Positions 9,346-18,836 of a stretch of DNA of 64,000 bases are shown in pieces (within the stretch, counting starts at the first letter, position 1; every line of letters begins with the position of its first letter). The position numbers and the translations under genes were made by a program. The stretch is from positions 352,001 through 416,000 of the forward strand of contig CAWIIP010000002.1 of NCBI GenBank assembly GCA_963836235.1, written 5' to 3'. The DNA comes from an uncultured Pseudomonadota bacterium. GTDB lineage: Bacteria; Oederibacteriota; Muellerivitia; Muellerivitales; Muellerivitaceae. The notes beneath the pieces are model-generated. The model saw nothing but the letters and a program-made list of their open reading frames with translations. It searched no databases and was not told where the DNA came from.

Positions 9346-11496
9346 TCATCTTTGACCAACAGACTTGAGGGATTGATCAATAGTTGGTCGAAGTTCCTTT
9401 TCCGCATCTTTTTGGAGACCTGTTAAAAATTCAATGGTCGATGGCGTATTGAAATGGCCCAGAGCCTCCAGGGCCGTCCGCCGGACCTCCAGGCTCCTGT
9501 TTTTCCTGCTTTCCATCATCTTATACTTGTCGGCCCATTCTATGAGAAACTCTACACCGGAAGGGTCTTCCAGCTCTCCCATGGTCTGGCATGCTTTCAT
9601 CCAAAATAATTCCCGACCTTTGGCGTGGGCCGGATATTGTTTAACAGCTTCGGCTATCGCCTGGCTGTCCCCTTCCAAACCAACTTTTGAAAGCACTTGT
9701 AGCGCTTGAAGCGCTAAAGGACTTTCCGGCTTCCGTAAAAGTTCCAGCAGGAGCCCGCGGAAATCCGCTCTTTTCCATTGCTCCGCGATTCCTAGTATCT
9801 TTGATTGAGCGGATGGGCCAAAAGAGGTCCAATGCCGTTCAAAGTAATCGGCCATCTCCCCCGTGAGGGGTTTCACACTAAAAATTTCCAGGAACTTTTC
9901 CAATTGGTTTCTTTTCTCCGGCCATTCCAGCCAAAATTCAAAAACACGCGCCCCCCCGGCCTGGAGGGCAGCCAAACAGTCCACCGCTTTTGACCATTCG
10001 GGGCTTTTCAAAGGTTCTTCTTCCATTTTTTGGAAAAGAAAAGGCGACACACGGTTTCCCAAAAGCGTAAAAAGTTTCAACAGGCCGTCGCCCTCACGAG
10101 TTCCCGCTTGGTATCTTTTCAAAAGTGAGTCAAGGATGGGTTCACAAAAAATGGTTTCCAACGCGACTTTGGCGGCCTCGTTTTGTTTTTCAAAAGACGG
10201 GGGCTTTTTTTCGGCATCCTCCTTCAATAAGCGGGCCATTTCCACTATTTCTTCCCAATCCGGATGAGCCAGTTCCGAGGGAATCCAATCCTGCAGAAGG
10301 GTAAGGGCGATGGGATAAACCGTTGAGCGGTCATTTTCCAAAAGGAATTTCCGTAAATTCCGAAAACCTTCCATTTGGAGGGCTCGCGGCATACGATTCC
10401 ATTGAAAACGGTTCAAATGCCTCAGGCAAAGGGCTTGGGTTTTTTCGTCGGCAGAAAATATCTTTTTCCACAATCCATTCCACAGGCCCTCGAAAGCCTC
10501 CAGCTTTTCGGGATCCTGCAGCTCGGATATGCGCTGGACTACCTTTTCTTCTAAATTAGGATCCCAAAAAATCTCCCAACGCCCCTCGTCGATTGCGGCC
10601 AGCACTGGGTCAGCCTCAAAAAGCGCGGTCTGTTCTGGAACCACGTCAGTAGCTTGAAAAAGTGGAATAGACTCGTCCGTCTCCTGAATTTGAATGCCTT
10701 GGGCCTCGCCCAAAATCACTAATTTTTTGAGCAGTTCATCCATTCCGATTTGAACATCCTTAACAGGGGCAGCCGTCAGGTTGTTTTTAAGGGCCATGAA
10801 GCCTCCCAATAGGTCAGTCCAAACTTGGGCGGTTGCGGGAGAAGCCTGTTCAGCCCCTTGAACTGTTCCATGACCTTCTGTTTTTAGCCAATCCCCCATA
10901 TTATCGAAAAGCTTTCTTGCCACTTCATGCTTATTGCTATCGGGTTTAATCCGGGCGAATATTTGGAGAAAATATTGAAGGGCCTCCAGAGCCTCTTGCA
11001 GGTTTTGTTCACCACCGCCTCCTCCCACCGCCCCCGCTGGAACCACTACCTCTCCTTCCCCTACGGCCACGAAAACCTTTTCATTGGCCCGGATATGCTC
11101 AAGGGAATGCTGGACCAGGGCTTGGGAAAAAGAGAGGCCGGTAGGCAGGCCTTTGGGTTTCAAAAGGGAAAAAAGCATTTTGACCTCCTCCAACGTGATA
11201 CCCTTCTGGAAGGTGAGGCTATGGATCTTATGCGTGAGGAAAAGATCCTTGATCATATTGGTAGACCCCGTCGTGTGTTCATCCAAAGGAGTTCCCTCCA
11301 CAACCAGGCGTCCCTCCGATTCCCCTAAGATAACGGAAGGCAAATCGCGAAAAAGTTCTTCCAACGCGGTCAGTAGTCTTTGAATTGAAAGAAGAGCCAT
11401 ATTGTTTCCAGAGGTATAAAGGAAAAAGTTGGAGAGGGAAACACGCAGCTCGCGCACCATTGAGGAAGCCACTTGAACTTGGAGCGGATTTAACAC
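9346..11496 (-). CDS. HEAT-repeat-containing hypothetical protein
   Basis: 716-aa helical ORF; VRRTALEALG and ALQVLSKVG HEAT-like units. Confidence 0.6.
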   Translation of the reverse strand: MLNPLQVQVASSMVRELRVSLSNFFLYTSGNNMALLSIQRLLTALEELFRDLPSVILGESEGRLVVEGTPLDEHTTGSTNMIKDLFLTHKIHSLTFQKGITLEEVKMLFSLLKPKGLPTGLSFSQALVQHSLEHIRANEKVFVAVGEGEVVVPAGAVGGGGGEQNLQEALEALQYFLQIFARIKPDSNKHEVARKLFDNMGDWLKTEGHGTVQGAEQASPATAQVWTDLLGGFMALKNNLTAAPVKDVQIGMDELLKKLVILGEAQGIQIQETDESIPLFQATDVVPEQTALFEADPVLAAIDEGRWEIFWDPNLEEKVVQRISELQDPEKLEAFEGLWNGLWKKIFSADEKTQALCLRHLNRFQWNRMPRALQMEGFRNLRKFLLENDRSTVYPIALTLLQDWIPSELAHPDWEEIVEMARLLKEDAEKKPPSFEKQNEAAKVALETIFCEPILDSLLKRYQAGTREGDGLLKLFTLLGNRVSPFLFQKMEEEPLKSPEWSKAVDCLAALQAGGARVFEFWLEWPEKRNQLEKFLEIFSVKPLTGEMADYFERHWTSFGPSAQSKILGIAEQWKRADFRGLLLELLRKPESPLALQALQVLSKVGLEGDSQAIAEAVKQYPAHAKGRELFWMKACQTMGELEDPSGVEFLIEWADKYKMMESRKNRSLEVRRTALEALGHFNTPSTIEFLTGLQKDAEKELRPTIDQSLKSVGQR

Positions 11497-11645
11497 GGGA
11501 GTCTCCTAAAAGAGCCTCACAAAGGGTGAAAAAAAATTTAATCACTCTCATTTTCTCAGGGTTTTTGAAAAAGGACAGGCAATTTCTTCATTTTTCAAAA
11601 CTTTGGTGAAGAAAGGAATTTTAAATCCGGTTTTGAAATAATCTT

Positions 11646-13061
11646 CTAGGGATTTTGACGGTAATCCCAGGTGGTGGTAGAAAGCAAAGGCTCGGCCAGT
11701 GCTTCTTCCAACTTAGGCCTGAAAGGCGAAAGCCCGCAAGCCGGGTCCGTGACCGTTGGATCCCCGGTGAGCAGGGCCGCCTGACAGCGGCATCCGCCGA
11801 AATCGACTTCCTTGAGGTCGCAGGAAGCGCAGGGTTCGGGCATCCATTGGGTGCCCCGGAAGCGGTTGAAGGATTCGGACTCATTCCAAATCCAGGCAAG
11901 AGACTTTTCCCCCACGTTTTCCAGTTTCAAGGAATCGATGGAATAAGCCGTGGGACAGGGCAGAACCTGTCCCGAGGGGTTCACCGTGATATAGCGCCGC
12001 CCCCAGCCGTTCATGCAGGGCTTGGGCCGGTCGTAAAAATAATCGGGGATCACGTAAAGGACTTCCATTTTTCCCCTCAACCGCGCGCGGGCCTTCTCGG
12101 CCACCTTGGAGGAAGCGAGAACCTGTTCCCTCGTGGGTAAAAGCTTGGCCCGGTTACGGAAGGCCCAGCCGTAATACTGGGTATTGGCTAATTCCAGCCG
12201 ATGAGCCCCCAACCGCTCCGCCAGCGCGATTAAAGCCTCTAGATGGTCAATATTGGCCCGATGGAGGACGATGTTGACGGTAAGGGGCAATCCCAGGGAC
12301 CTGGCTATCCGGGCCGTTTCCAGTTTTTTTATATGGGCGTGGGTCCCGGCGATCTCATCGGCGAAGGATTCCTCCTCGGCTTGGAAGCTGAGTTGGACGC
12401 TGTCCAACCCCGCCTCTTTCAGGGCGGCTCCCCTTTTGTCGGAAAACCCCAGGCCACTGGTGATGAGGTTGGTATAAAGGCCCAAACCATGGGCATGGCC
12501 CACCAGTTCTTCCAAATCCGGCCGTTGAAGTGGTTCGCCGCCGGAAAAGAACGCGTGCAAGACCCCCAAGTCTCGGGCCTGGCTTAAAACCTCTTTCCAC
12601 TTTTCACCGGTCAATTCCCCGCCTTTACCGGCGCCCTTCTCAACTGGATTGGAACAATAGGGGCAATGTAAGGGGCAGCGGTAGGTGAGTTCGGCTAAAA
12701 GCCCCAAGGGGCGGAATTCCATCGGGTTTTCCAGCCCCAGGGGTTCGAAGACGGATATCTGCTCAACCTTAGTGGAAAAGCTAGAAGGCTTCCCCCATTC
12801 GATCAGGCCCTTGGATTCCAGCCTTTGGAGAAGTTCCCGGACGTCCCCTTCCAATTGGGGAACAGGCGTTTTGAAGCGGGTAGACATTTTTTCCAATAAT
12901 TGGGGCAGGTTTCCTTTCCCATCGCAAAACCCCAGGATCGCAGCGGCGCTTTCATTGAGATTCAGGAGTCCTTCGGGGAACAAAAGCACCCACTGGCCTG
13001 TGGCCGGGTCTTTCTGAAGCTTTGCCCTGGCCGCCAGCCGGGGAGCAAGGTGATCATCCAT
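11646..13061 (-). CDS. pqqE: PqqD-PqqE fusion (RiPP recognition element + radical SAM/SPASM)
   Basis: N-terminal WVLLFPEGLLNLNESAAAILGFCDG (PqqD); ELTYRCPLHCPYCSNP, PKPCMNGWG, DFGGCRCQA (PqqE). Confidence 0.92.
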   Translation of the reverse strand: MDDHLAPRLAARAKLQKDPATGQWVLLFPEGLLNLNESAAAILGFCDGKGNLPQLLEKMSTRFKTPVPQLEGDVRELLQRLESKGLIEWGKPSSFSTKVEQISVFEPLGLENPMEFRPLGLLAELTYRCPLHCPYCSNPVEKGAGKGGELTGEKWKEVLSQARDLGVLHAFFSGGEPLQRPDLEELVGHAHGLGLYTNLITSGLGFSDKRGAALKEAGLDSVQLSFQAEEESFADEIAGTHAHIKKLETARIARSLGLPLTVNIVLHRANIDHLEALIALAERLGAHRLELANTQYYGWAFRNRAKLLPTREQVLASSKVAEKARARLRGKMEVLYVIPDYFYDRPKPCMNGWGRRYITVNPSGQVLPCPTAYSIDSLKLENVGEKSLAWIWNESESFNRFRGTQWMPEPCASCDLKEVDFGGCRCQAALLTGDPTVTDPACGLSPFRPKLEEALAEPLLSTTTWDYRQNP

Positions 13062-13064
13062 GTT

Positions 13065-13766
13065 TCAGCCTTCCACTCCGCCATAAGCTTCGGCCATGGC
13101 ATCCAAAAGGTCCCACAAAAGCCCGCACTTGAAGGAAAGGGCTTTTACGGCTTCCTCTTGGAGCTCACGGGTATCGCAATAGGTGAAAGTCAATTCCACG
13201 CCCTGGTCCGAATCCACCCGGGCCTGGGTGACACGGGAACGGAAATAATCCAAACCCCAGGGTTTCACCCAGGTGTAATACTTCTCGAAAGCCAGGATTC
13301 TTTCCTTCATTAGGTCGGGGGCGAAAAGTTCCGTCAAAGAGGAGGCTATGGCGATGGGCCAGGGTTTGGTGCGGGCAAAGGTGACGTAGGAATCCACTGC
13401 CGCCTTGGCCTTGGGAAGAACTAGCTCCCCGGAAAACAATTTGTCACGGGTAAGCCCCGTGGCTTCCCCCAGCTTGAGCCAGTTCTCGATTCCACCCTCG
13501 CCTTCTTTCAAACCATCATGGTCACTGATGCGATGCAGCCATATCCGCCGGACTTCCCGGATGGGACAGTTGGAAATAATGGCCGCATCTTTGATGGGAA
13601 TATTGACCTGGTAATAAAAGCGGTTGGCCACCCATCCCCGCACCTGGTCGGGGGTGAGCTTCCCCGCGTTCATGTGCCGGTGGAATGGATGCTTATCGTG
13701 GTAGCGGGTCATCCCGATGGCCCGTAGCCGCTCAAGAAAGGCAGATCGGTCAAGAAGTGGTTCCAT
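13065..13766 (-). CDS. pqqC: PQQ synthase PqqC
   Basis: YHDKHPFH, WVANRFYYQVNIPIKDAAI, RISDHDG, SLTELFAP. Confidence 0.95.
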   Translation of the reverse strand: MEPLLDRSAFLERLRAIGMTRYHDKHPFHRHMNAGKLTPDQVRGWVANRFYYQVNIPIKDAAIISNCPIREVRRIWLHRISDHDGLKEGEGGIENWLKLGEATGLTRDKLFSGELVLPKAKAAVDSYVTFARTKPWPIAIASSLTELFAPDLMKERILAFEKYYTWVKPWGLDYFRSRVTQARVDSDQGVELTFTYCDTRELQEEAVKALSFKCGLLWDLLDAMAEAYGGVEG

Positions 13767-13830
13767 TAAAATTCCTTAGGAATCAAAAATTCTAACTTAT
13801 TCGGGCCCCGTCTTGGACAGCCGTTCCAAA

Positions 13831-14271
13831 TCATTTCTTTTTTAACTTCTTCATTTGTTCCAAAATAGACGGCGGGATTTCTATTTTCGGATTTTTCTCT
13901 TGGATAATCGCAATAACTCCAGACAAAACTTTCGAATAATTCTTCGTCAAGGTCCTCGACAACATAACCCGGTCATTATTATTCGTTAAGATGGATAACG
14001 CGTCCCCAATGCTACTCGCGTTTACCGAATTTACATCTTCCCATTTATATTTATTCCTGATTATAAAAAAGATGTTTTTTTCAAAACCATTTTTATCGTA
14101 AGACCAAATCGGAAAAATACTATAAAAAAGAAAAACCAAAAAACCCAAAGCACCAAAAACCATCAACAAAAGAGAACCCATCTCAGGACTTTTTATAAAT
14201 TTTCCAGCTGCCGCCAAAAAACAAATTCCCACAACAACAGCAAAAATTCCTTTAAAAAATACTTTTTGCAT
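13831..14271 (-). CDS. AT-rich hypothetical membrane protein inside the pqq cluster
   Basis: Two N-terminal hydrophobic helices then a soluble domain; visibly A/T-richer than flanks. Confidence 0.6.
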   Translation of the reverse strand: MQKVFFKGIFAVVVGICFLAAAGKFIKSPEMGSLLLMVFGALGFLVFLFYSIFPIWSYDKNGFEKNIFFIIRNKYKWEDVNSVNASSIGDALSILTNNNDRVMLSRTLTKNYSKVLSGVIAIIQEKNPKIEIPPSILEQMKKLKKK

Positions 14272-14366
14272 TTCTTATCTCCGAAAATTGAAAAAGCGAG
14301 TCATTCTAAATCATTTTTCCTTGTCCAATCCGAGTTCCCGTCATAAGCAAGTCTATGTCTCCAGTT

Positions 14367-15281
14367 TTAAATCTCAAACTCCATCCCATCCAAGCCCACT
14401 TCCACCCCCACCTCCTTTACCTTTTGGTGTTGAGGCGTGGATTCGCTCAAAATGGGGTTTGTGTTGTTGATGTGCATGTAGATTTTACGCTTGATGGGCA
14501 GGTTGCGAAGGATTTCCAGGCTGCCTCGGAACCCTCCAACCGTTATATGGGCCATTTGGGAGGCTGTCAGCATGCCGGTGCCGGTCTTGGTCATTTCCTC
14601 TTCGTCCCAAAAGGTGCCGTCCAAAAGGAGGGTGTCGCAATCTTTGAGTTTATCCAGGACAGCTTCCGGGAGTCCCGCCGTGTCAGGCAGGAAAACTAGG
14701 CGTCCTTTGGTGGCGGGATCCACTATCCGGTAGCCTACCGCGCTTCCCTTGAGAGCGGCCGAACCCGCATAACGGGGAAGCTTGCCGGGCACCTCAAAAG
14801 CTTCATAAAGGAGCCCACTTTCCGATCCGTCGCTTTTCAAAAGGGGCTTTAAGCTGGAGGGCGGTTCGTGCCAGGACACCCCACCGTAGGACTTCAGAAC
14901 TTCCGAAATTCTAAGACCCTCATCCAGGGCTTTACGGACAGCGGCGGGTGCGTGCAAAGGGAGTATCCCTCCCTCCCTGAGGATGAAGATACCAAGCACA
15001 TGGTCCAAATCCGCATTGGTAATAAGCACACCTTCAATGGAAGTTCCACGAATATGTTCTGGGGGAGGCAACAAGGGGGGGAAAGCTTCGATCTGATGGC
15101 GTATATCGGGTGAGGCGTTCAGCAGGAACCAGGATTTGCCGTCGGCGCTGACCGTGGCCGAGGATTGGGTGCGGGCTGTTATACCTGGGCGGCCCTGCCG
15201 CACTTCCCGGCAGAGGATGCAATTACAATTCCATTGGGGGAACCCGCCGCCCGCGGCGGTTCCTAGCAATCGGAGTCGCAA
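14367..15281 (-). CDS. pqqB: PqqB
   Basis: LLGTAAGGGFPQWNCNC, RTQSS, LNASPDIR, NADLDH, DGTFW, HINNTNP. Confidence 0.95.
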   Translation of the reverse strand: MRLRLLGTAAGGGFPQWNCNCILCREVRQGRPGITARTQSSATVSADGKSWFLLNASPDIRHQIEAFPPLLPPPEHIRGTSIEGVLITNADLDHVLGIFILREGGILPLHAPAAVRKALDEGLRISEVLKSYGGVSWHEPPSSLKPLLKSDGSESGLLYEAFEVPGKLPRYAGSAALKGSAVGYRIVDPATKGRLVFLPDTAGLPEAVLDKLKDCDTLLLDGTFWDEEEMTKTGTGMLTASQMAHITVGGFRGSLEILRNLPIKRKIYMHINNTNPILSESTPQHQKVKEVGVEVGLDGMEFEI

Positions 15282-15301
15282 AGCCGGATTTCGACCGGTC
15301 T

Positions 15302-15394
15302 CTAGATAACACTGTCGTCAATGCCCGAATAGGCGGTGCATTCCGAATTGACGCTGACTTCTTCGGCAACCGGCTTTGTCCAAAGGCTTTCCAT
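15302..15394 (-). CDS. pqqA: PQQ precursor peptide PqqA (MESLWTKPVAEEVSVNSECTAYSGIDDSVI)
   Basis: Hand-translated; GGAGG RBS, WTKP leader, ExxxY core (ECTAY), 20 bp upstream of pqqB. Confidence 0.9.
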   Translation of the reverse strand: MESLWTKPVAEEVSVNSECTAYSGIDDSVI

Positions 15395-15470
15395 CGGCTT
15401 CCTCCAACTTTATTTCAAAATCCATCAGGATTTTGGCATATCCAAACATCCAAAAACAAGCCCAAAGGGC

Positions 15471-18400
15471 TTACCCCAGTATCAAAAGCTTCAAAACCGA
15501 GCGTTTCCCGTTAGCCGTGATCAAAACGTAATAGAGACCATTAGCAAGAGGTTTCCCTTGGTTATCGACCAACGGAACAGGCAATTTCACCGTTCCTACC
15601 GGGACATTCGGAATGGTTTCATCCACTACTTTCCGGAAAGCCACGGTAAAAATTTCGATTCTCACGTTGGTGATGGAACTAAGGTTCAAAAGAAGCGTGA
15701 CCGGCGCTCCACCGGGAGCGGGATTAGGGTAGACAATTGGAGTGGACGAAACCCCTGGTGTCGCGGCCGTGGTTAGTGGAATAGTCGGGCTTGGCTCCGT
15801 TGTAAGAGTCGAAGAAGGTGTCGAAGTAAAACTAGGTTGAAGCGTAGAAGTGAAAGTAGGTGAGCTGGTTGGAGAATTTGTTGGCGTTGGGGTCGCCGTT
15901 GAGGTACTGGTTGCGGTATTTATTGATGTGTTGGTAAAGACTGGCGTAAAAGTACGGGTAACCGTAGACGTGGAAGTTAAAGTCAAGGTGATCGTATTTG
16001 TAAGCGTAGCCGTTGGAGTTGAAGTCACAGTATTCACTGAGGTATTGGACGGAGTACTGGAGGCAGTCGGCGTGGATGTTTTGGTGGAAGAAGACGTCAC
16101 CGTGAACGAAGGAGTCGATGATGGCGTGTTGGAAGCGGTAGGGGTCCAAGTGGGAGTGTCGGTCGGCGGCACGGTTCCCGTAAAGGTGGGAGTAAATGTC
16201 TCCGTTGTGGTAGGACTGTTCGTGACCGTGGCGGTTGATGTTGCGGTTTGAGTTAAGGAGACGGTTAAGGTCGACGTTGAAGTTGCTGTTCTTGTAACCG
16301 AAGAAGTTGTGGTTTGGGACGGGGTAAAGGTTAAGGTCGGCGTAATCAGGGCCGTGTTGGTGTTGGTAAGGGTAATTGTCTGAGTCGCAGTGGCCGTCGG
16401 ACTTGCCGTCGGGGTTGCGGTAAAACTCAAAGAGCTGGTGGCCGAGGAAGATGCCGTCGAAGACGGGGTTCCAGAAACTGTCAGAGTGGCGGTTTGTGTT
16501 GCGGTATTAGTTGAAGTGGCAATGACGGTGTTGGAGGGTGTCAATGTAGGGCTAGAGGTGGATGTCATGCTCGCAGTCGTTGTCGGTGTCTTTGAAACTG
16601 TGGGAGTGGAAGACAAAGTAACCGTGGCGGTCGCCGTTGAAGTCGCTGTCCGGGTAAGTGTAAAGGTAGGGGTGAATGACGGCGTTGCCGAAACTGTCAT
16701 AGTGGTTGTTTGCGTCACAGTATTCGTTGAAGTGGCAATGACGGTGTTGGTGACAGTCAAAGTAGGCGTAGAGGTGGCTGTCATGCTAGCGGTCGTTGTG
16801 GGTGTCCGGGAAGCCGTGAAAGTGGAGGTCAAAGTCGGGGTGGAAGTAGCCGTTAAAGTTACTGTCCTAGTAGGCGTGGAGGTAGCCGTTGTGGAAGCTG
16901 TCGCCGTGGGCGTCCGACTTGCCGTCGGGGTTGCCGTCATTACCGGGCTACCAGTTGGCGTGGGACTAGGGGCCGACAGAAGCCCATAAACCACCAGACT
17001 ATTGGCGGTTGGCACATAAACCTTTCCGTTAACTACACTCGGAGGCGCGAATTTGACCGCAGCACCTACTGCCGAATCCCGGTTACCCGACGCCTGACCA
17101 CTATAGTAAAGTTCGGTACCCAAATTGGTTGCGGTATAGGCATGGAGTGTAACGGGTGTTCCGTATGATAGGGCCCAAACAATACCATTAGAGTTTCCGT
17201 TTGACGAAACGCTTGGAACACAACCCGAGGGACTGGCAAAACTTTCAGTGGTAGCGGAGGAGTAAGGCGTGACATATTGGCCGTTGGCAAAGGTAAAAGC
17301 CTTTAACGGAGATCCGGTCATGCCCCAATAAACATAATTGGTTGTCCCGTTACTATAAATAGCGGCCGTGGTATAACCCTTGCCGCCGATAGCCGCCACG
17401 GTTTGTGGTACGTTATTAGTCGTTGTGCTAAACTTTCCCATGCTTCCAGTGTCCGCATCCACAACGTAAAGATCGCCTGGTTTATCCGCTCCCAACATAA
17501 GATTGGGATGGGCGGTCGTACCCCAGGAAGCGGGCAAGAGGCACTGACCCGCAGAACCAACGTCGTTATCCGCACTGCTCATGGTTGACTGATTATAGGG
17601 CGCGAAATAATCCAACACCGTCACCGAATTGCCGGAAGTGTTCAACTTGAGAAAGCATTGTCCGTAGTCCGAAACTGGGGCCGTTTGGTCGAAAATTCCG
17701 TTTGCGACTAGGTAGTAAAGATTTCCCGCCGAATCCACCGATGGACCATCCCCAGATTCCCAAAAGGAAGACTCACTGCCGTTGGGGGAAGCGTTGAAAA
17801 CGGAGACTTGTTTGGTAATGTTGGATGCGTTGTATCCAATAACCCAGCCATGATAATTTCCCGCTATCCCATTATTGTCGCAGTGACCGGTCCAACTGGT
17901 ATAAACCACCCCATTGACCAGTGCCAGGGCGCACCTTTCCTTATAGGCTTGGGGAACAAAAGTGACAGCAGAAGCTCCAGAACCATTCGTACCTGGAAAT
18001 GTAGCTCCAATGGTCTGGGGGCCGCTAAACTTTTCAGTGCCAGTCGTGATATCTAGAGCGTGAAGAGTTTGGGAGAAAGTTGTCACTCCTCCTGAAACAG
18101 TCTTGGTCATGGCGACAAAGTAAATGGTTCCAGTGGAAGGATCAATGACCGGGGTATCTGTAATTCCAATTTCCGGGGTGACTTGGGGACAACCGCCTGC
18201 ATCAGTAGTCGCGGACACCGTCGTGACACCGGCTCCAGTGATGAAACTGTCGTGCCAATAAGTAACCCCGGCGTTGTCAGCGTCAAAAGCATAGGCACTG
18301 TCATGTTCGGTTTCGACGTAAACAACATTATGGGTGCCACCACCAATGCTGACATTGGGCATATAGAGGGGCTGGGCGTAAACTTGCCCATCCACCGCAT

Positions 18401-18605
18401 CCGAAAAAAGCTTTCCGAAGGAGGTACTGTTGACGTTGGCAGTGGTAAGAATGGTTTCGTTTTGATTCCATCCATCCCGAGCCTGGTCGTTATGGTAGGT
18501 TGTTAAGGAAGTTTGGGCGAAAACCTCCGAGACCGAAAGAAAAACAAAACCGAAGAGAGGTAGTGCGATTTTTGAAAAATGGTGGTTAGAATTAATGACT
18601 CTCAA
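15471..18605 (-). CDS. Secreted PQQ-type beta-propeller protein with Thr-rich stalk and T9SS-like CTD
   Basis: Signal peptide; TYHNDQARDG..ETILT..FGKLF..VDGQVYAQPLY; about 400-aa TxT region; YPNP..ANGLYY..KLLILG. Confidence 0.75.
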   Translation of the reverse strand: MRVINSNHHFSKIALPLFGFVFLSVSEVFAQTSLTTYHNDQARDGWNQNETILTTANVNSTSFGKLFSDAVDGQVYAQPLYMPNVSIGGGTHNVVYVETEHDSAYAFDADNAGVTYWHDSFITGAGVTTVSATTDAGGCPQVTPEIGITDTPVIDPSTGTIYFVAMTKTVSGGVTTFSQTLHALDITTGTEKFSGPQTIGATFPGTNGSGASAVTFVPQAYKERCALALVNGVVYTSWTGHCDNNGIAGNYHGWVIGYNASNITKQVSVFNASPNGSESSFWESGDGPSVDSAGNLYYLVANGIFDQTAPVSDYGQCFLKLNTSGNSVTVLDYFAPYNQSTMSSADNDVGSAGQCLLPASWGTTAHPNLMLGADKPGDLYVVDADTGSMGKFSTTTNNVPQTVAAIGGKGYTTAAIYSNGTTNYVYWGMTGSPLKAFTFANGQYVTPYSSATTESFASPSGCVPSVSSNGNSNGIVWALSYGTPVTLHAYTATNLGTELYYSGQASGNRDSAVGAAVKFAPPSVVNGKVYVPTANSLVVYGLLSAPSPTPTGSPVMTATPTASRTPTATASTTATSTPTRTVTLTATSTPTLTSTFTASRTPTTTASMTATSTPTLTVTNTVIATSTNTVTQTTTMTVSATPSFTPTFTLTRTATSTATATVTLSSTPTVSKTPTTTASMTSTSSPTLTPSNTVIATSTNTATQTATLTVSGTPSSTASSSATSSLSFTATPTASPTATATQTITLTNTNTALITPTLTFTPSQTTTSSVTRTATSTSTLTVSLTQTATSTATVTNSPTTTETFTPTFTGTVPPTDTPTWTPTASNTPSSTPSFTVTSSSTKTSTPTASSTPSNTSVNTVTSTPTATLTNTITLTLTSTSTVTRTFTPVFTNTSINTATSTSTATPTPTNSPTSSPTFTSTLQPSFTSTPSSTLTTEPSPTIPLTTAATPGVSSTPIVYPNPAPGGAPVTLLLNLSSITNVRIEIFTVAFRKVVDETIPNVPVGTVKLPVPLVDNQGKPLANGLYYVLITANGKRSVLKLLILG

Positions 18606-18635
18606 AAGTCCCCCGGAGAATTCGACGCTTCAACG

Positions 18636-18654
18636 TCAAATAGAAACTATTTGA
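18636..18654. promoter_or_regulatory. Candidate operator palindrome
   Basis: TCAAATAG-aaa-CTATTTGA perfect inverted repeat about 30 bp upstream of the 18605 start. Confidence 0.3.
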
Positions 18655-18836
18655 TACTATTCCGCGAAGTCTCAAACACGTTTCCTGAGTTAAAAGTATC
18701 ACTTTTCCTGTTTTTTTGCCTTCATTACTATCAAATTCTTTGGAAACCGACTACACCTTGTACTTTAACGTTTCAGAGATACTGATTTTGAAATTTCTAA
18801 AAGCTTTTTAAATATGTCCAACCTAACCTATATTCC

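Noticed and set aside
15745-16975. CRISPR or other DNA repeat array
   Set aside because: Repeats are protein-level with diverged codons and no repeat-spacer structure
15850-16989. Val/Gly-rich plus-strand ORFs (also 62508-63404)
   Set aside because: Antisense shadows of the Thr-rich repeats
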